From assembly GCF_009914755.1 (NCBI RefSeq), contig NC_060945.1: 64,000 nt of DNA; one strand, given 5' to 3'. The notes beneath the pieces were generated by a model. That model saw only the letters and a program-made list of their open reading frames with translations. It was not told the DNA's origin and ran no database searches. Shown one piece after another: positions 1-15,540 of this stretch. This DNA is from the human T2T-CHM13v2.0 reference genome, Homo sapiens. The position numbers were made by a program, and so were the translations under genes. The stretch's first letter is position 1. Every line of letters begins with the position of its first letter.

Positions 1-9
1 TTGAATGGT

Positions 10-364
10 AGCTTAGCCCGTTTGGGCTGCTATAAAAAAAATACTCTAAACTGGCTTGCTTATAAACAAGAGAAGTTTATTTCTCACTGTTCTAGGGCTG
101 GAAATCCAAGATCAAGGTGTCTGCAGATTGGTGTCTACTAAGGGCTCACTTCCTAAACAGCTGCTTTTTCACTATAACCTCACATGGTTGAAGATGTAAG
201 GATCTCCCTAGACCCTGTTTTACAAGGGCACTAATCCCATTCACAAGAGCTCTGCCTAAACACCTAGTAACCTCCCGATGGATCAGTTTCCTAATACCAT
301 CACCTTGGGAGTGAGGATTTCAACATATGAATCTTAGGGACACATGAACATTAAGATAATAGCA
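10..364 (-). mobile_element. MaLR LTR (MLT1A/MST-like)
   Basis: Typical MaLR antisense text 'gggctgctata...tttatttctcactgttct...ccaagatcaaggtg...atttcaacatatgaat'. Confidence 0.75.
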
Positions 365-370
365 GGTTAG

Positions 371-706
<336 letters not shown>

Positions 707-774
707 TTAGTTCACTACAATTTGTCTAGCCATTCATCAGCTGAAGAACACTGTTTTCTTTCCTATTTGATCAT

Positions 775-1581
775 ATTAAAATATACCCCAACAGACAGGC
801 AAGATGAACTCTTCATGGCTAACATGAGGCACAACCAAACAGAATCAAAGGGTCATGGCAGGGTGAGGAGCTGGTCACATATCCCTGTGTTACTCAGTAC
901 TGTCACGAAATTTTCTTTCCTGTAATTAAGCAGAAACCAGTTCCTAAAGAGCCTTGTCAAAACAACTACAGCTAGAGTGTCCCCTCTGACCTTCACAAGC
1001 TCAGCTGACACCTGGAACCTCCTAATTGAAAGACTTGTAGTTTCTATTGAAAGACTATCCAACCCAGGCTTTGCCCCTTATCCTACTGTTTCCCCTCTGG
1101 TTCTGCAGTCCCATCACAAATTCTGATTAGACAGGGTATTGGTCCTTCAAACATTCTTTCCTGATACACAACCACAAACCTCAAGCCAGTTTCGGCCGCC
1201 TTACACAGGATGTACACAAAATGCTTTGAACTCTGTAGTTCACCTTTTAATGTAGTCAGCTAAACTCCCCCTCATTTTAATACTAAAACTCAACCACAAA
1301 GTGAACATAGAGTGTATGTTACATATCTGTTTACCCATTGTGCATGTGCCTGACTTCCCTCATAAATATACATAGATTTTCCCCAAACCCGCTGAAAACG
1401 TATGACCCAATTATGCAAAACAGACCATGTAAGGCATAAACATCAGCCTCACCCTACCCTCTTTAGAGAACACATTTCACTTACACTGAAGGCTTTGCTT
1501 CCCCAGTTTGCAGATTTTTTTTTAATATAGAAATTAAAGCTACTCCTTTTCCCTCTGCAAATCTCATGACTTTTGTTAACA
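775..1581 (+). mobile_element. ERV1 (MER4-group-like) 5' LTR
   Basis: Ends attaaa...ttttgttaaca and is followed by the PBS-like 'tttctttggggacaacgatgggat'. Confidence 0.65.
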
Positions 1582-2545
1582 TTTCTTTGGGGACAACGAT
1601 GGGATCAGAAGTGGCCCCCAAGCTCCTTCCCAGCCACATCTGGAACAACACCTGATGCCTACAAGAGTCCCTTGAACTCAGTTATCTTCTGGCTGCTTTC
1701 TAGGATTTAAGATCTCCCATTTTTAGGTTGAAGCCTTGAAAACTTTTCTTCAGGAAGCCAGTTCATTAGGCTCTATCAGCCCTGTGGGGTCCACTCACAT
1801 TTTGTAGGGTACACTTGCAATTTGTGGGTACACTCGTGCTTCCTGGGGTGTGCTCACATTTCAGGTTTTGCTGTAATGCTCACACTAAGGGTATCAGAAG
1901 GGACACCTTTGTCAGGTCCCTGCAATGAGTAATCCATGTCCCGAGGGGATGGTCTCTGACCAGCTGCCTTCAGGTACCCAGGTAAGCTTTACATTTAAAA
2001 ACTATAGGGAAAATTCCTGCACCTTAAGGCTTTGGATAAACTCAACCTGAGAAAGTTTAAAGCCATGCCAAGACATTTTCTGGGACTCTGATTGGTAACA
2101 TGTTTAAACATTATAGGGATCATTCAAACCACCTGTTGTTTTAAAACTAGAATAAAAGATTGCTGCTATAAAATTTTACATTTTAAACAAGATATGCTTA
2201 TCGCATTGATATCTTGAGGCTAGGAAACAAAGAACCATTCAGGACTCAAAGACTGCCTTGCTACAAAATACTGTCTCAAAGCTAACTAAAACTTTTTTTC
2301 CTTTCCAGAGCTCCCCCTCCTTCTTTTGACAATTCTGTCTCTTTATCTTTCTGTGAGCTAAACTCTCTTTATCCAAAACTCCTCACTATTCTGACATACT
2401 ATTTAGAAAAAACACTTAAAAACCCACAAAGATATAATTCCCATGTAAAGACCCCCTTCTTATGCTCAACAGAATGGCAACATTCTTACCTTAAGGGCAA
2501 AGAATTGAGTCCAAAATCTGCTGCATAGACTTTGTTAAAATAAAT

Positions 2546-2550
<5 letters not shown>
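1582..2550 (+). mobile_element. ERV1 internal fragment (PBS, leader, degenerate gag 5' end)
   Basis: PBS-like start; gag-like remnants FKNY (~1995) and EARKQRTIQDSKTALLQNTVSKL (~2216-2285). Confidence 0.55.
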
Positions 2551-2576
<26 letters not shown>

Positions 2577-2719
2577 TTGTTCTCTTTACATAATTCAGTT
2601 AGATTTTCACAGTTAACTATTATTTGTCCAATTCAGTATATTGATAACTGCCTCAAATTGTTTTACCCAAAAGTAACCTGTTAGTAGTAGCTCAGTAGTA
2701 GCCTATAAAAGCCCTGCTA

Positions 2720-3750
2720 ATATTTGTTGGTTTTTCCTTTCTGTGTTTCATCTGAATAATTTACATTTCTATGTATTTATATTTATTGATATTTTATTCT
2801 ACAGTTTCTAATCTTCTGTTAATATCTTCCAATGTATTTTTTATTTCAGATAGTGTATTTTATCTCTAAAAATTCAATTTAATTCTTTTCACATCTTACT
2901 ACTCATTATTTTTATACATTTTAAAAATATGAATTATACATCTAATAGATGTTTTAGTGTTCTTTTCTGCTAATTCTATAATACCTTACATTTGAAAGCC
3001 TATTTCTGTTTATTGATTTTTCTCTGTTATGGATTATATTTTTCTACTTCCTTTCATGCCTGTCAATTTTTGTTTGGGTGTTGGGCATGGTAGAATTTAT
3101 GTTTTTGTTTTCTGAATGTTTTTTGTAGTCCTTTAAATATTGTCGGGCTTTGCATTAGATCACAGTTAAGATACCTGGGACCAGTTGGATCCTTTTCAAC
3201 AACTGCTTCTAAGTTAGAATTGTTAATTTGTTAGGATGATCAAAAAAATCACTCAGTATAGAACTCTTCTGAGGAGTTACAAGCATTATTTCTCTTCAAT
3301 ACTTGTTTTCTTCACCTAAGACAATGCTGTCTCATGCAGGCAAATTTCAGTATTGGGATAAAAAGAAGAGGTTTTCCTCATTGCAAATATCCAGGGCTGT
3401 CAATCTCTCTACTCTCCAAATTTTTTCTTATAAATTTTAACTACCTTGGTCTTCTGAACTCCAAATGTCTCCTCAACTCAGCAGGACCACTAATCTCTGT
3501 TTAGTTCTCTGTGTTTTGTATTTAAGCGTAGGAACTCTATTAAAGCAGTAAGCTGAGGCAATGATGGGGCTTAACTCATTTGTTTTCTCTTATTCAGGAA
3601 TCACTTTCCTGTACTGCATATTTCCGTTGTTCAATATAAAAACAAAAATGAAAGCATAACAACAAAAACCGTTGTTTCATATATTTTGTTTGGTTTTCTA
3701 TTATTTTAAGATTGGAAAATAAATCTGGTTTTCTTCACTGTAAGCAAAAG
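2720..3750 (-). mobile_element. Old L1M fragment (5'/ORF1 region, antisense)
   Basis: T-rich, L1M-like antisense text such as 'tctaatcttctgttaat...ttttatttcagatagtgtattt'. Confidence 0.55.
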
Positions 3751-3849
3751 TCAGATTTTTTTAAAACTTATTAAAAATATTTATTTCTCTAATTCCAAAT
3801 TTGTTATAGAGTTGTTTCATTTCTATTCATACCGAGAGTCTGAATATCC

Positions 3850-4375
<526 letters not shown>

Positions 4376-4392
4376 TATCTCTAGTTCTGCTA

Positions 4393-4767
<375 letters not shown>

Positions 4768-5688
4768 TTATATTTTACTTTGTCATTTTTACGTTCATTT
4801 TAATACATTCCTTTGTTATTTTAAATATGAAGAGGCTCACTAATCTTATGCCTCTATTTTCATAACATTTGAATTCATTACATACATAACATCTAAGGAA
4901 ACCAACTTATACATTTGACCTCAATGAATCCTCATAATAGTTCTATGAGATTAAAACCAGTGATAGCTACACTATGCTGATTTGGGGAATAAAGTTAGAG
5001 AAGTTCAGTGATGTCCCCAAGGTCAAACAGCTGTCTCCTGAACACTGGAATACAAACCCAATTCCCTGTGATTCTAGAACCTTATCTGTTAGTGACTATG
5101 TGACTACCTCTATTAAATATCATTATAAGTAGGATAAACACAATTTCAGTTTTCCTTCGCAGAGTTCTGCTTCATGCCTGCCTTGCAGACTGATTTTTAT
5201 TTAATAGTGCCCATGGTCACTCACAAAAAGCCAAATTTGAATGATAAATTATATATTCACTGTTATATACATAACAGGTATTACTGACTGATGAGATTTA
5301 TAATGAGCAGCTAAAACCTAGAGAGTGATTTATACAGTTAAAGGAGGTGACGTCTCTAATGTCATTTTCCTATGCTTCAGTGATTTTATCACTTTGACTT
5401 TTAGAGAAAAATGACATGACACTTCACAGAGATTTGTTAAAATTTAGCAGTTAGTTATTCAGCCTCTCCCATTCTGCTGGTAGTTACAAAATAAGGTAGA
5501 TATTGAAGGACAGAGGTTAAATGCAGGAAGTGTATCTTGTCAGATGCCCAACACTCCATTCTTGCCTCCTCAGCCCTACTCAGATAAAAATAGAATAATT
5601 AAACTTTTAGGAAGAATCTGTAATCTAGTGGCTCTTTAGGGGATGGAAATGTGGGACAAGAAGGAGAATAAGAGAGAGAAATGAGTAA

Positions 5689-6020
<332 letters not shown>

Positions 6021-6364
6021 TCAGCAAAGTTTTTAATCATGTCAGAACTGTACTTATTTTTAAAGCTGCAAAAACATAAATAATCTATTCATTCCTCTTA
6101 GTCACTACTGAACAGGTAAAATAAAATATTTAGTATTATCCCACGCAAATGTGAAAAAGAGGGTGAACGCAAAGCATTGGCTGTTCCCAGGAGAGAGGCA
6201 ACTATGTCATTAAAGTTTGCATAATTGTTTTATCCATGAAGCAAAGAAAGGCAGTTGGGCTCTTTAATAACAAAAAAGGAAATACTGGATGATATACTAG
6301 TGACTGTGAAATAGTTCAGGGACTGTCATGCAGGAAATGAAATGAAATTGCCTACTTTGAAGTC

Positions 6365-6742
6365 TCTTGCCTTTGCTGTTCTTTCTGCTTGAAAATCTTT
6401 CTCCAAATACGCTTATGGCTTACCTTATCATAGCCACTGGAAGTCATTTTTTCACTGAGGGCTTCCAAAGTTGCCCTACATAACTTGCTAATTCTCTCTC
6501 ACACACACGCACAGTCACACTTCCTAGCTCCCTCTCTGCTTGTATTGCGTCATTTAGCACTTACTTCTACCTAATAGAGTATGTATTTTTCTTATTTTTC
6601 TTTTTTATTACCTCAAACCTACCTAAATGTGGGGCTCATAAAAGCAGGAATTTATATCTAATTTGCTCACTGCTAATCACCAATGCTCAAATCAGTACCT
6701 GGTAATGGTTAACAAATACTTCTTACATTAATAAATGATGAA
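6365..6742 (+). mobile_element. L2 3' end
   Basis: 'ctttgctgttctttctgcttgaaa...gctcactgct...agtacctgg...aataaatgatgaa'. Confidence 0.6.
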
Positions 6743-7647
6743 CAAGATATTTGTTTGGTTTTAACCCAAAGGGTTGAACAAAAATCCAGAAATAAATTGG
6801 AAGGTGGCAGATTAGGCTCATTGTAAAATATTAGGACTACATTCTGTCTCTTTATGAGTAAGTGGCTCCTCAGAACATGATTCTAACATACTTGAAGTTA
6901 CTATATGATCAACTGACAGAAGTAATTTCAAAAATTCTTGCAGATTGGATGAGAGGTTGATATTCTTTTCCTTAGTACAGAGAAACTTTGGTTATTCAGC
7001 AAAGGGAGAAAAAGATGTTCAAAGCACTACACACAAGCTACAATACTAAAATGAAGACTAGCTTTCCTGTTTAATCATAGTTCTCGTTAGTTTATTTCTA
7101 TTACTCAATCTAACTTGAAAACTTGCTTCTGTGAAACCTGAAAAATAAAAATTGAACCAAGAGAGAAGGTGAAGGAGATATGAGTTCTGGGAGCAGTGGT
7201 GGAGAACAAGAAAAACAAAGGAGAAACAGCAACTCATAGAGCCTTTTTTGCATTACTTATTGAGACAGATACAGTTTACAATGCTGACATTTGTCTTGAG
7301 AAAGAGAAAGAGAAGAAAAAATTTACTTATGACATGTTTTATTTTTCTAAAACTTTGAAAGGTTCAAAATTATCTTTATGCAGGTTTCACATATTAATTT
7401 AAAATCTTACTGACTTTGTGAAACGGTACAAAAATCAACAACAACAGCAACAAAAATAACTTGAACTCAATAAATGCCACTTGAATCAGCAAAGACCCAC
7501 GTGTGTGGTTCTGTCAAATCCCCTTGCTGCAATAGCTCTGCCAATTTACTTGACAAATGTGTAGCCCTGGACTTTCACCCCTTGTTTAACAGAACAATTT
7601 GAAGATGATACTTTAGAAGTCTTTCAGATCATTAGATGGTTATTTTT

Positions 7648-7853
7648 GCAGAAGCAAAGGAGAGAGAAGGAGGTGCTACACACATTTCAAAAACCAGGTC
7701 TTGTGATAACTCACTCACTCACTCACTATCATGAGAACAGCACCAAGGAGGAGGTGTTAAACCATTCATCACGGACCACCCGCATGATCCACTCACCTCC
7801 CACCAGGCCCCACCTCCAATATTGGGGATTACAATTCAACATGAGATTTGGGC
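7648..7853 (-). repeat. Inverted copy of MST LTR segment 8454-8655
   Basis: Reverse complement of 8454-8655 with about 3 substitutions and one extra TCAC unit. Confidence 0.93.
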
Positions 7854-8428
7854 TATCAGCTTGGGAAAAAATACTATCAGCTTGGAAAAAAAACTATTTT
7901 GTACTTTGCTTTTTTAAAGCACAAAAATAAATAGGAGTTATACATTTAACATTTTCAACATTCAGGAAAATAAAATATTAATTTCTCTTTTTCATAAACC
8001 AAATGCATTTTAGGCTCAGTTCTTCTCTATCTCTTATTTCATGGCTACTACTGTGTTTTTCCAACTAGGCCAAGAGTAAAACATTGCTGAATTTTTATAA
8101 TAATACAAACCTCATTCCCTATATATTTTCACAGGAAAAAAAATCTTTTTGGCGATAAAAAAATTTCATCATTACCCTGATGTCATGAAATTATATTCTG
8201 CTGAATTGACCAGAGAAAGACATTGTGCATAAGGCATGGTAGATCCATTAAAATTCAAATAAACACATTCAATTTTAAGGTGAAATTTGTTCATTTGCAT
8301 TTTTTTATAATTAGTAGTCATGGAGGATAATACTTTGATGACATACTAATAAAAATACATCCACAATAATGTATTATTACTAGACTTCTCTTTATTTCTA
8401 ACAACATAACAAACACTGTGATAATGAC

Positions 8429-9401
8429 TGATATGGTTTGGATCTGCGTCCCTGCCCAAATCTCATGTTGAATTGTAATCCCCAATATTGGAGGTGGGGC
8501 CTGGTGGGAGGTGAGTGGATCATGCGGGTGGTCCGTGATGAATGGTGTAGCACCTCCTCCTTGGTGCTGTTCTCATGATAGTGAGTGAGTGAGTTATCAC
8601 AAGACCTGGTTTTTGAAATGTGTGTAGCACCTCCTTCTCTCTCCTTTGCTCCTGCTCTGGCAGTGTAAGATGTGCCTGCCTTCCTGTCTCCTAATCATGA
8701 TTGTAAGTTTCCTGAGGCCCTCCTCAGAAGCAGAAGCTGCTATGCCTCCTGGACAGCCTGCAGAACCATGAGCCAATTAAACCTCTTTTCTTTATAAACT
8801 ACCCAATCTGAGGTAATTCTTTTTTTTAAATTTTATTTTATTTTAAGTTCTGGGGTGCACGTGCAGGATGTGCAGGTTTGTTACATAGGTAAACATGTGC
8901 ACGTGGCTTGCTGCACCTATCTACCCATCACCTTGGTATTAAGCCAGGCGTGCATTAGCTGTTTTTCCTGATGATCTCTCACTCCTCCCCGTCTCCCACT
9001 AGTCCCCAGTGTGTGTTGTTCTCCTTCCTGTGTTCATGTGTTCTCATTTTTTGACTCCCACTTATAAGTGAGAACATGCAGTGTTTGGTTTTCTGCATTG
9101 CTGTGCTGAGGATGATAGCATCTGGCTCCATCCATGTCCCTGCAAAGGACATGAGCTCATTCATTTTTATGGCTGCATAGTATTCCATAGTGTGTATGTA
9201 CCACATTTTCTTTATCTAGTTTATCATTGATGGGCATTTGGATTGATTCCATGTCTTTGCTATTGTGAATAGTGCTGCAACCAACATATGTATGCATGTA
9301 TCTTTATAGTAGAATGATTTATATTCCTTTGGGTATACACCCAGTAATGGGATTATCAAGTCAAATGGTATTTCATAGCACTGCAAGAACAGACTAACAC
9401 A
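8429..9401 (+). mobile_element. MST (MSTB-like) MaLR LTR interrupted by L1PA
   Basis: Starts tgatatggtttggat; body to ~8818; terminal 'atagca...gaacagactaacaca' at ~9376-9401. Confidence 0.88.
8820..9374 (-). mobile_element. L1PA 3' end (5'-truncated)
   Basis: Poly(T) plus antisense L1 3'UTR; ORF2 C-terminal peptide MWYIHTMEYYAAIK in the ORF track. Confidence 0.95.
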
Positions 9402-9594
9402 ATGCCTTTTTGCACACATTATTTCTAATTATCAAAACAACTCAGACAGATCATAATCTTTGATTTACAAATGAGGAAACTTAAACTCTAAAGATTAATT
9501 GGAAGCTCATATAGCAAAAAGGGAGGTATGATCAGAATTTGAAACTAAGTCTTATTGATTCAGTAGTTATAATATTTATTAGTAGTTATTTGGT

Positions 9595-11270
9595 AATATC
9601 AATGAAATGGATAAACTGGTTAGCTAGCCTAACCAAAAATTAAACAAACAAATAAAGAAGACACAAATTACTAATACCAGGAATGGAAGAAGGGTCATCA
9701 CTACTGTCTCATAGATGCAAAAAGAATAATAAAGGCATATTATGAACAATTCTATGACCACACATATAACTTTGATGATATGTACCAATTAACTGAAAAG
9801 CACAATTTGTCAAAACTGACACAAGAATATGTAATTAGAATAGCTCTATATCTATTTTTAAAATTGAATCAATAATTAATAACCTTCCAAAAAATAAAGC
9901 GCTAAAACTGATGGTTTCAATGTTGGATCTTACCAAACATTTAAGAAAGAAGTGATAGTAAACCACAATCCCCAAAAAATAAAATTGGAAAGGACACTTC
10001 CTAATATATTCTATGAGGCAGCATTATCTTAATCTCAAAATCAGATAAAGACATTACAGAAAAGGAAAACAAGGGACCAATATCTCTGATGAACATAAAT
10101 GAAAATTTTCTCAACAAAGTATGAGCAAAGAAAATCTAACGATATATAAAAACGTATACACCAGGGCCAAGTGGGATTTGTTGTAGATTTGCAGGGCTGG
10201 TTCAACATTCAGCAGTCAGTTAATATAATGCACCATATTAACAGATGAAAGAAGAAATATCACATAAGCATATCAATAGGTGCAGAAAATGCATTTGACA
10301 AAATGCAATAGCCACTTGTGATAAGATATCTCAGAAAACTAAGACTAGAACTCACTGAAGTTGGAAAAATAAAATCTATAAAAACCTATAGCTAACAGCA
10401 TACTTAATGGTAGAAACTGGACAATTTCTTTCTGTGGTTGGGAATAAGGCAAGGATGTTTTCTCTCATCACTCCTATTCAATTCTATGATGGAAGTCCTA
10501 GAAAATGCAATTAAAAGAGGAAGGGTAATACAACATATAGAGATTGGGAAAGAATAAATAAAACTGTGTTTGTTTGTAGATGACATGGGTTGTCTGTGTA
10601 AAAAATCCCAAAGAACTAACAAAATTACTCCTGGGACTAAAAAGCAATTACTGCAAGATTGTATAATACAACCTTATAAATACACAATAGTCAAATTATA
10701 TTTATGTATAGCCTGTAATAAACAAATATAATTTGAAATTAGAAGCATTTTGGTTCAATTATACAAATATATACAAGATCTGTATGAGTAAAACTACAAA
10801 GCTCAGATAAAACAACAAAGATATCTAAATAAAAAAATAGATGTTCCATGTTTATGAATAGAAAGGCCTAATATAGTTAAGAAGCTAATTGTTTACAACT
10901 TGATCTAGATACAAACAATCGCAACCCAAAATTCTAGAAAGTCATTTTGTGGACATCAGCAAATGACTCTAAAGTTTATATGAAAAGAAAAAAGATGCAG
11001 AATAGCCAACACAATACTGAAAAAAAGGAAAAAACTTATAATACTAAACTCCTGGAGTTTATAAATTACATAAAGGTACATTAGTCGAGACAGTGTGATA
11101 CAGGCAAAAGGCTAGAAGAATGGAAGAACAGGTCAATGGAAAACAATACAGAGCTCAGAAACAGACCCAAACAAATACCATTAACTAATCTTTGAGAAAG
11201 GAACAAAGGCAATTCCATTGAGAAAGGATAATCTTTTCAACAAATGGTGCTGCAACAACTGGACATGACC
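9595..11270 (+). mobile_element. Old L1M ORF2 fragment
   Basis: L1 ORF2 hallmarks: 'ttctatgaggcagcattatc', 'ggaccaatatctctgatgaacataaatg', 'gcagaaaatgcatttgacaaaat'. Confidence 0.85.
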
Positions 11271-11349
11271 AGAGCAAAGAGATTATTACAGACCTAATTA
11301 AGGACTTTGGACCTCCAGACAAACGCAATCTTTGCTGAGAATGGAACTG

Positions 11350-11640
11350 CCTGTAAGTAAGTTCTAAAGATGTGTTCTGCAGCCTAGTGTCTACAGTTAA
11401 CAATACAGTGCTGGGCACGTCAAAATTTGTTAAGAAGGCTCATCTCATGTTAAGTGTTCTCGCCACAAAAACAAAAACATAGGGGCACAAGAAAGCTTTG
11501 GGAGGTGACGGTTACATCTGTAACCTCAAATGTACTGATGCTATCACAGGTGTTTGCATATACTGAAACTCACCAAATTGTCCACATTAAATATGTGTAG
11601 TTATTTGTATATCAATTACACCTCATTAAAGCTGTTAACA
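11350..11640 (+). mobile_element. L1MB-like 3' end
   Basis: 'acagttaacaatac...catgttaagtgttctcgccac...tatcaattacacctcattaaagctg'. Confidence 0.75.
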
Positions 11641-11937
11641 AAAGAATCAATGTGATGATTTGCATAGGAGAACATACATAATTCAGGTTATAAGGCAAGA
11701 AAGGCCAGTGGGAATGTGAATTCCTATGATCACCTCACACAAATTAAATATGGGGTTCTAGACTCTGAGATAAATTCCAGAGCGCTCTCACTAATAACTA
11801 ATTGATCGCCTAATGATCTCTTCAGTGAAATGAGGATTTCTTGAAGAAATACATGAGTTTGTAATGACTCCCTGCCTGCTGAAAGCCTTCCAATCCCCAA
11901 ACTGAGTGGACCCAGTGAAGACAAAACAGTGATATAT

Positions 11938-12050
11938 TTCTTTTTTTTTTAATTATTATTATACTTTAAGTTTTAGGGTACATGCGCACAATGTGCAGGT
12001 TTGTTACATATGTATACATGTGCCATGTTGGTGTGCGGCACCCATTAACT
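11938..12050 (-). mobile_element. Short young L1PA 3' end
   Basis: 'ttattattatactttaagttttagggtacatg...cacccattaact'. Confidence 0.92.
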
Positions 12051-12544
12051 TTCTACCCCATCACAGCAAAGAATGAACACAAATGGTTATCCAAAAAAAA
12101 ATCAAAATCTTTAGACATATTCCTGAAGAGACATAAAGAAATAGATCCTTAGGGATAAGGGAAGCCCTAATGAGAAAATGTCACCTACATCTCAAGGTAG
12201 TTGTCAGAGCTAGATTAAAGAGCTATTGATACTCTACAATTCCCAGACTTCCTGTGGGCAAGGCTTATGAAAGGCAACAATTGGGGAAAAGTTCACTTCT
12301 TCCTACTCAGCCTGAGGCATATTTCCCACAGATCGGTTGATTCATTTGGCAAACTTTTATGGAGCACCAACTATATATTGTACTATACACTACACTAGAA
12401 TCAGGAGATTAAAAAGTATGATTACAACACAGTCCATATCCTGAGAAATAGTCCCATCCTTTAGAATCTTAATATTTTTTCTAAAACATGATTTGGTGGA
12501 CAGTCTGTTTCTTTACTTACGTGACATATTTCATATAAACTATA

Positions 12545-12810
12545 GCAGAAAAAAAGATACTATTTAAGAACGAAGACTGCAGCCAGATTGCCTGGTTTCC
12601 AGTTTTTTTTCATCTCCTCACTATGTGACCTTTGCCAAGTTTCTTGCCTCCTCAGTGCTTTATATTTCTCATCTGTACAGTGCAATGTATAATATACTGA
12701 GTACAGTGTCATAGTTATCTACCTTGTAAGGTTGCTGTGAGGATTTAAGTGAGTTAAAACCTGTAAAGTATCTAAACCATTCTAGGCGCATAGAAAGTTC
12801 TAGAGCCATG
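12545..12810 (+). mobile_element. MIR
   Basis: 'gccagattgcctggtt...tatgtgacctttgccaagtt...ggttgctgtgaggatttaagtgagttaa'. Confidence 0.7.
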
Positions 12811-13600
12811 TTTGCTGCTGCTGCTATCACCCGTGTTATCACTGTTGTCGCCACCGTCGTTTTCATTCCAATGGGTTACAGGCTGACTGATGTTTATATA
12901 ATCAATAGGAATGTTATCTCACCATCCCATGGCACATTAACCACAGCAACTGTTATTTAGTAGCTACGTCTGTACTGAGAGCCTTTCAAAGATTTATATC
13001 TATTACCAAACAATACCTTGCTGTAGGGACACAGATCCACAAATATTAGTGACTTTGTGACAATCACTAATATCTCTTCAGGCACAGAGTTTTGAAGTTC
13101 TTTTTTTCAACTAGAGAGTTATGCAAATATTATGTATACTCACTGCACAATTAAACCTAATTATTTTAAAATGCAAAATGACGGACATTGCACATCATCT
13201 CACCATATTTTTCCAAATAGGATAGCATAGGTGTACTGTCAACTTCATGACAAGAATATGGCAGAGCTGTGCATCCTTTGGGAGAGATTTCCTACAATTA
13301 CTTAAATTCCTTACACTTTAACTCCTCGGAATTTCTGTAGAGGAAGAAAAGTGAAATCTGTAACTATTATGCCTTCTACTCTGTTATATGCTCCCATCTC
13401 TGTGAATCTTGATTTAAGCTGAGTGCATCGTTAATCTTTAATATAACCCGAGAACAATAGTCAAATAGAATAATGAGTGGTATTGAAGAAATATATAGAA
13501 CAGCATGCCCAGAAATGCATTCAACCACTCCATATCTTGCATTATTAGACACACCCACTGACTTGCACAGATCCAGAATTTTTAACTCTTTGTTGAAAGC

Positions 13601-13932
13601 AAGGGTAGGCAAAACTTATTCATAACAGACCAGATAATATAATATGTTCAGCTTTGTGGGCCATATGGTCTCTGTGACAACTACTCAACTCTGCTACTAT
13701 GACATAAAAGTGATCATAGACAATATATAAATAAAACATTATGGCTGTATTTTAATAAAACTTCATTTATGAACAGTAAAATTTGAATTACACGTAATTT
13801 TCATGTGTCACATGTATTATTTTCCTTGAAATTTTTTTCAAAAAATTAAAAATGCAACAAGTCTTTGCTCCCAGACCATACAAAAACATATGGCAGGCTT
13901 GATCTGGCTTACAGGCTATAGTTTCCTGAGCC
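13601..13932. mobile_element. MER58-like hAT-Charlie DNA transposon
   Basis: 'ggccatatggtctctgtgacaactactcaactctgc' core and degenerate terminal inverted repeats. Confidence 0.8.
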
Positions 13933-14899
13933 ATAATGCATAGGAATCAGAATATTTTGAATTTAACAATTTAACCATGGAACTGCAATCATTACCTAGA
14001 AGATTAGCTAATAACATAAAATGTCTCAAGGCATGCATTAAAACTTCAGTCTTATTTTTCTCATTTATTTATTTAGGATTCTAACTTTAAGAACAGAAAT
14101 CATGGGTTATGATTTCACATCTACCACTGTTAGTTTGCTAGCCTTCAGTGAAAATTTCCAACCTCTAGCAACCTCTTTTTCCCAAAGTCTGTTATTTGGG
14201 AGATGGATTATATCACTACTATCAACTCACACTATGTATCAGAATCACCTGTGGAGAAACCAAGGCCGAACACTCAGAGATATGGCGTCAACAGGTGACA
14301 CCAACCTGCATCCAGGGTTGGAAACCACTGGGCTACTGAGCTCCAGACCTCTTTCTGTTTGATAAGTTTAAGAATTTCTATTCTGTACATACCGTTGACA
14401 CAAATATCAGTAATAATGTAGCATTACTTCAGAGAATATTAAATTTAAATAATTAGTAGAAACCCTTTGCAAAAAAATTCAGAACTATTGAACTTCTCCT
14501 CCTTCACGATGGCAAAATCAAAAAGAAAATATATATTTAACTCCTTTTAGCTCACTGTTGAGAGATGGACAGAATAGAAAGAAAATAAGTAAACAAATCA
14601 TATGTATTTCTTTTCCCAATAGCTAGAGCATAGAAAATTACAGAGAAATAAAGCAGCAATAATCTGAAAGCTTCTATGTATTCTTATTCTCAAGCCCTAT
14701 TTCCTTATTTAGGGGGTTTTGTAGTTGAACAATTGCAGCAGTATTTCTCTGCTTCCAGTTTCATTATTGAAAAGACAGTTCACACAAATATTCAAAAATA
14801 AGCAGTCTACATTTTCATAATATGGTTCATTTTTTCCTAACTTTTAGTACATTTCACAGTCAATATCTTGTGTATACTCATGTTAGTGACTCAATTTTC

Positions 14900-15490
14900 A
14901 ACTGTCAGCTTCACAAACCGTCATCAAAAAAATCAGATGATCAAGCAGAGCTTGGTTGTTCAGACTTCTTACAGTAAGGGACACACACGCAGACACACAC
15001 ACACACATCTAAACACACACACACACACACACCTTCTTGATTAAAAAACAGTAATGTTCCAACCTTTGGGTAGGAAATATTTAGGGTTTTATAACCTGAG
15101 CAGAATGATTTTAAGATGAGTGTTTCAAAGGAGGAAACTGGTTGAAATTAGGTATAGTTTTTGAATTACTAGATCTAGATTAGTGATCACAGTGAGGAGT
15201 GGGTCTTAAAGGGGGATTTGACAAGAAGATATGTCAGCCTGCCATATGTTTTCATATGGTCTGGGAGAAAAGGCTTGTGGCTGCATTTACAGTCTTGTCT
15301 TCAACAATTAAATATTTCTTGCAACAAGTAATTAAGACATTTTTGCTTGATTCCAATATTGTTTGACATAGGGACATGTAAATATGTTCATCATATATAT
15401 TGCTTAACAGAAGGGCAGAAAAGTATGCCTGGACCTGGCATGACTTAACACAGAGAGAAAAAAAATGTTTGTATTAATGCTCACTGACAC
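14900..15490 (-). mobile_element. 3' LTR of ancient ERV1 provirus (MER110-like), containing a (CA)n tract at ~14980-15032
   Basis: Collinear similarity to 29573-30055 (tgatcaagca...agactt; cttgtcttc...taag..atttttgcttg; ttaacaca.aga). Confidence 0.6.
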
Positions 15491-15540
15491 TTTTTGTCAT
15501 GCTTTTGGTCATGCCTAAGATATACCATTATCTTATGAAC

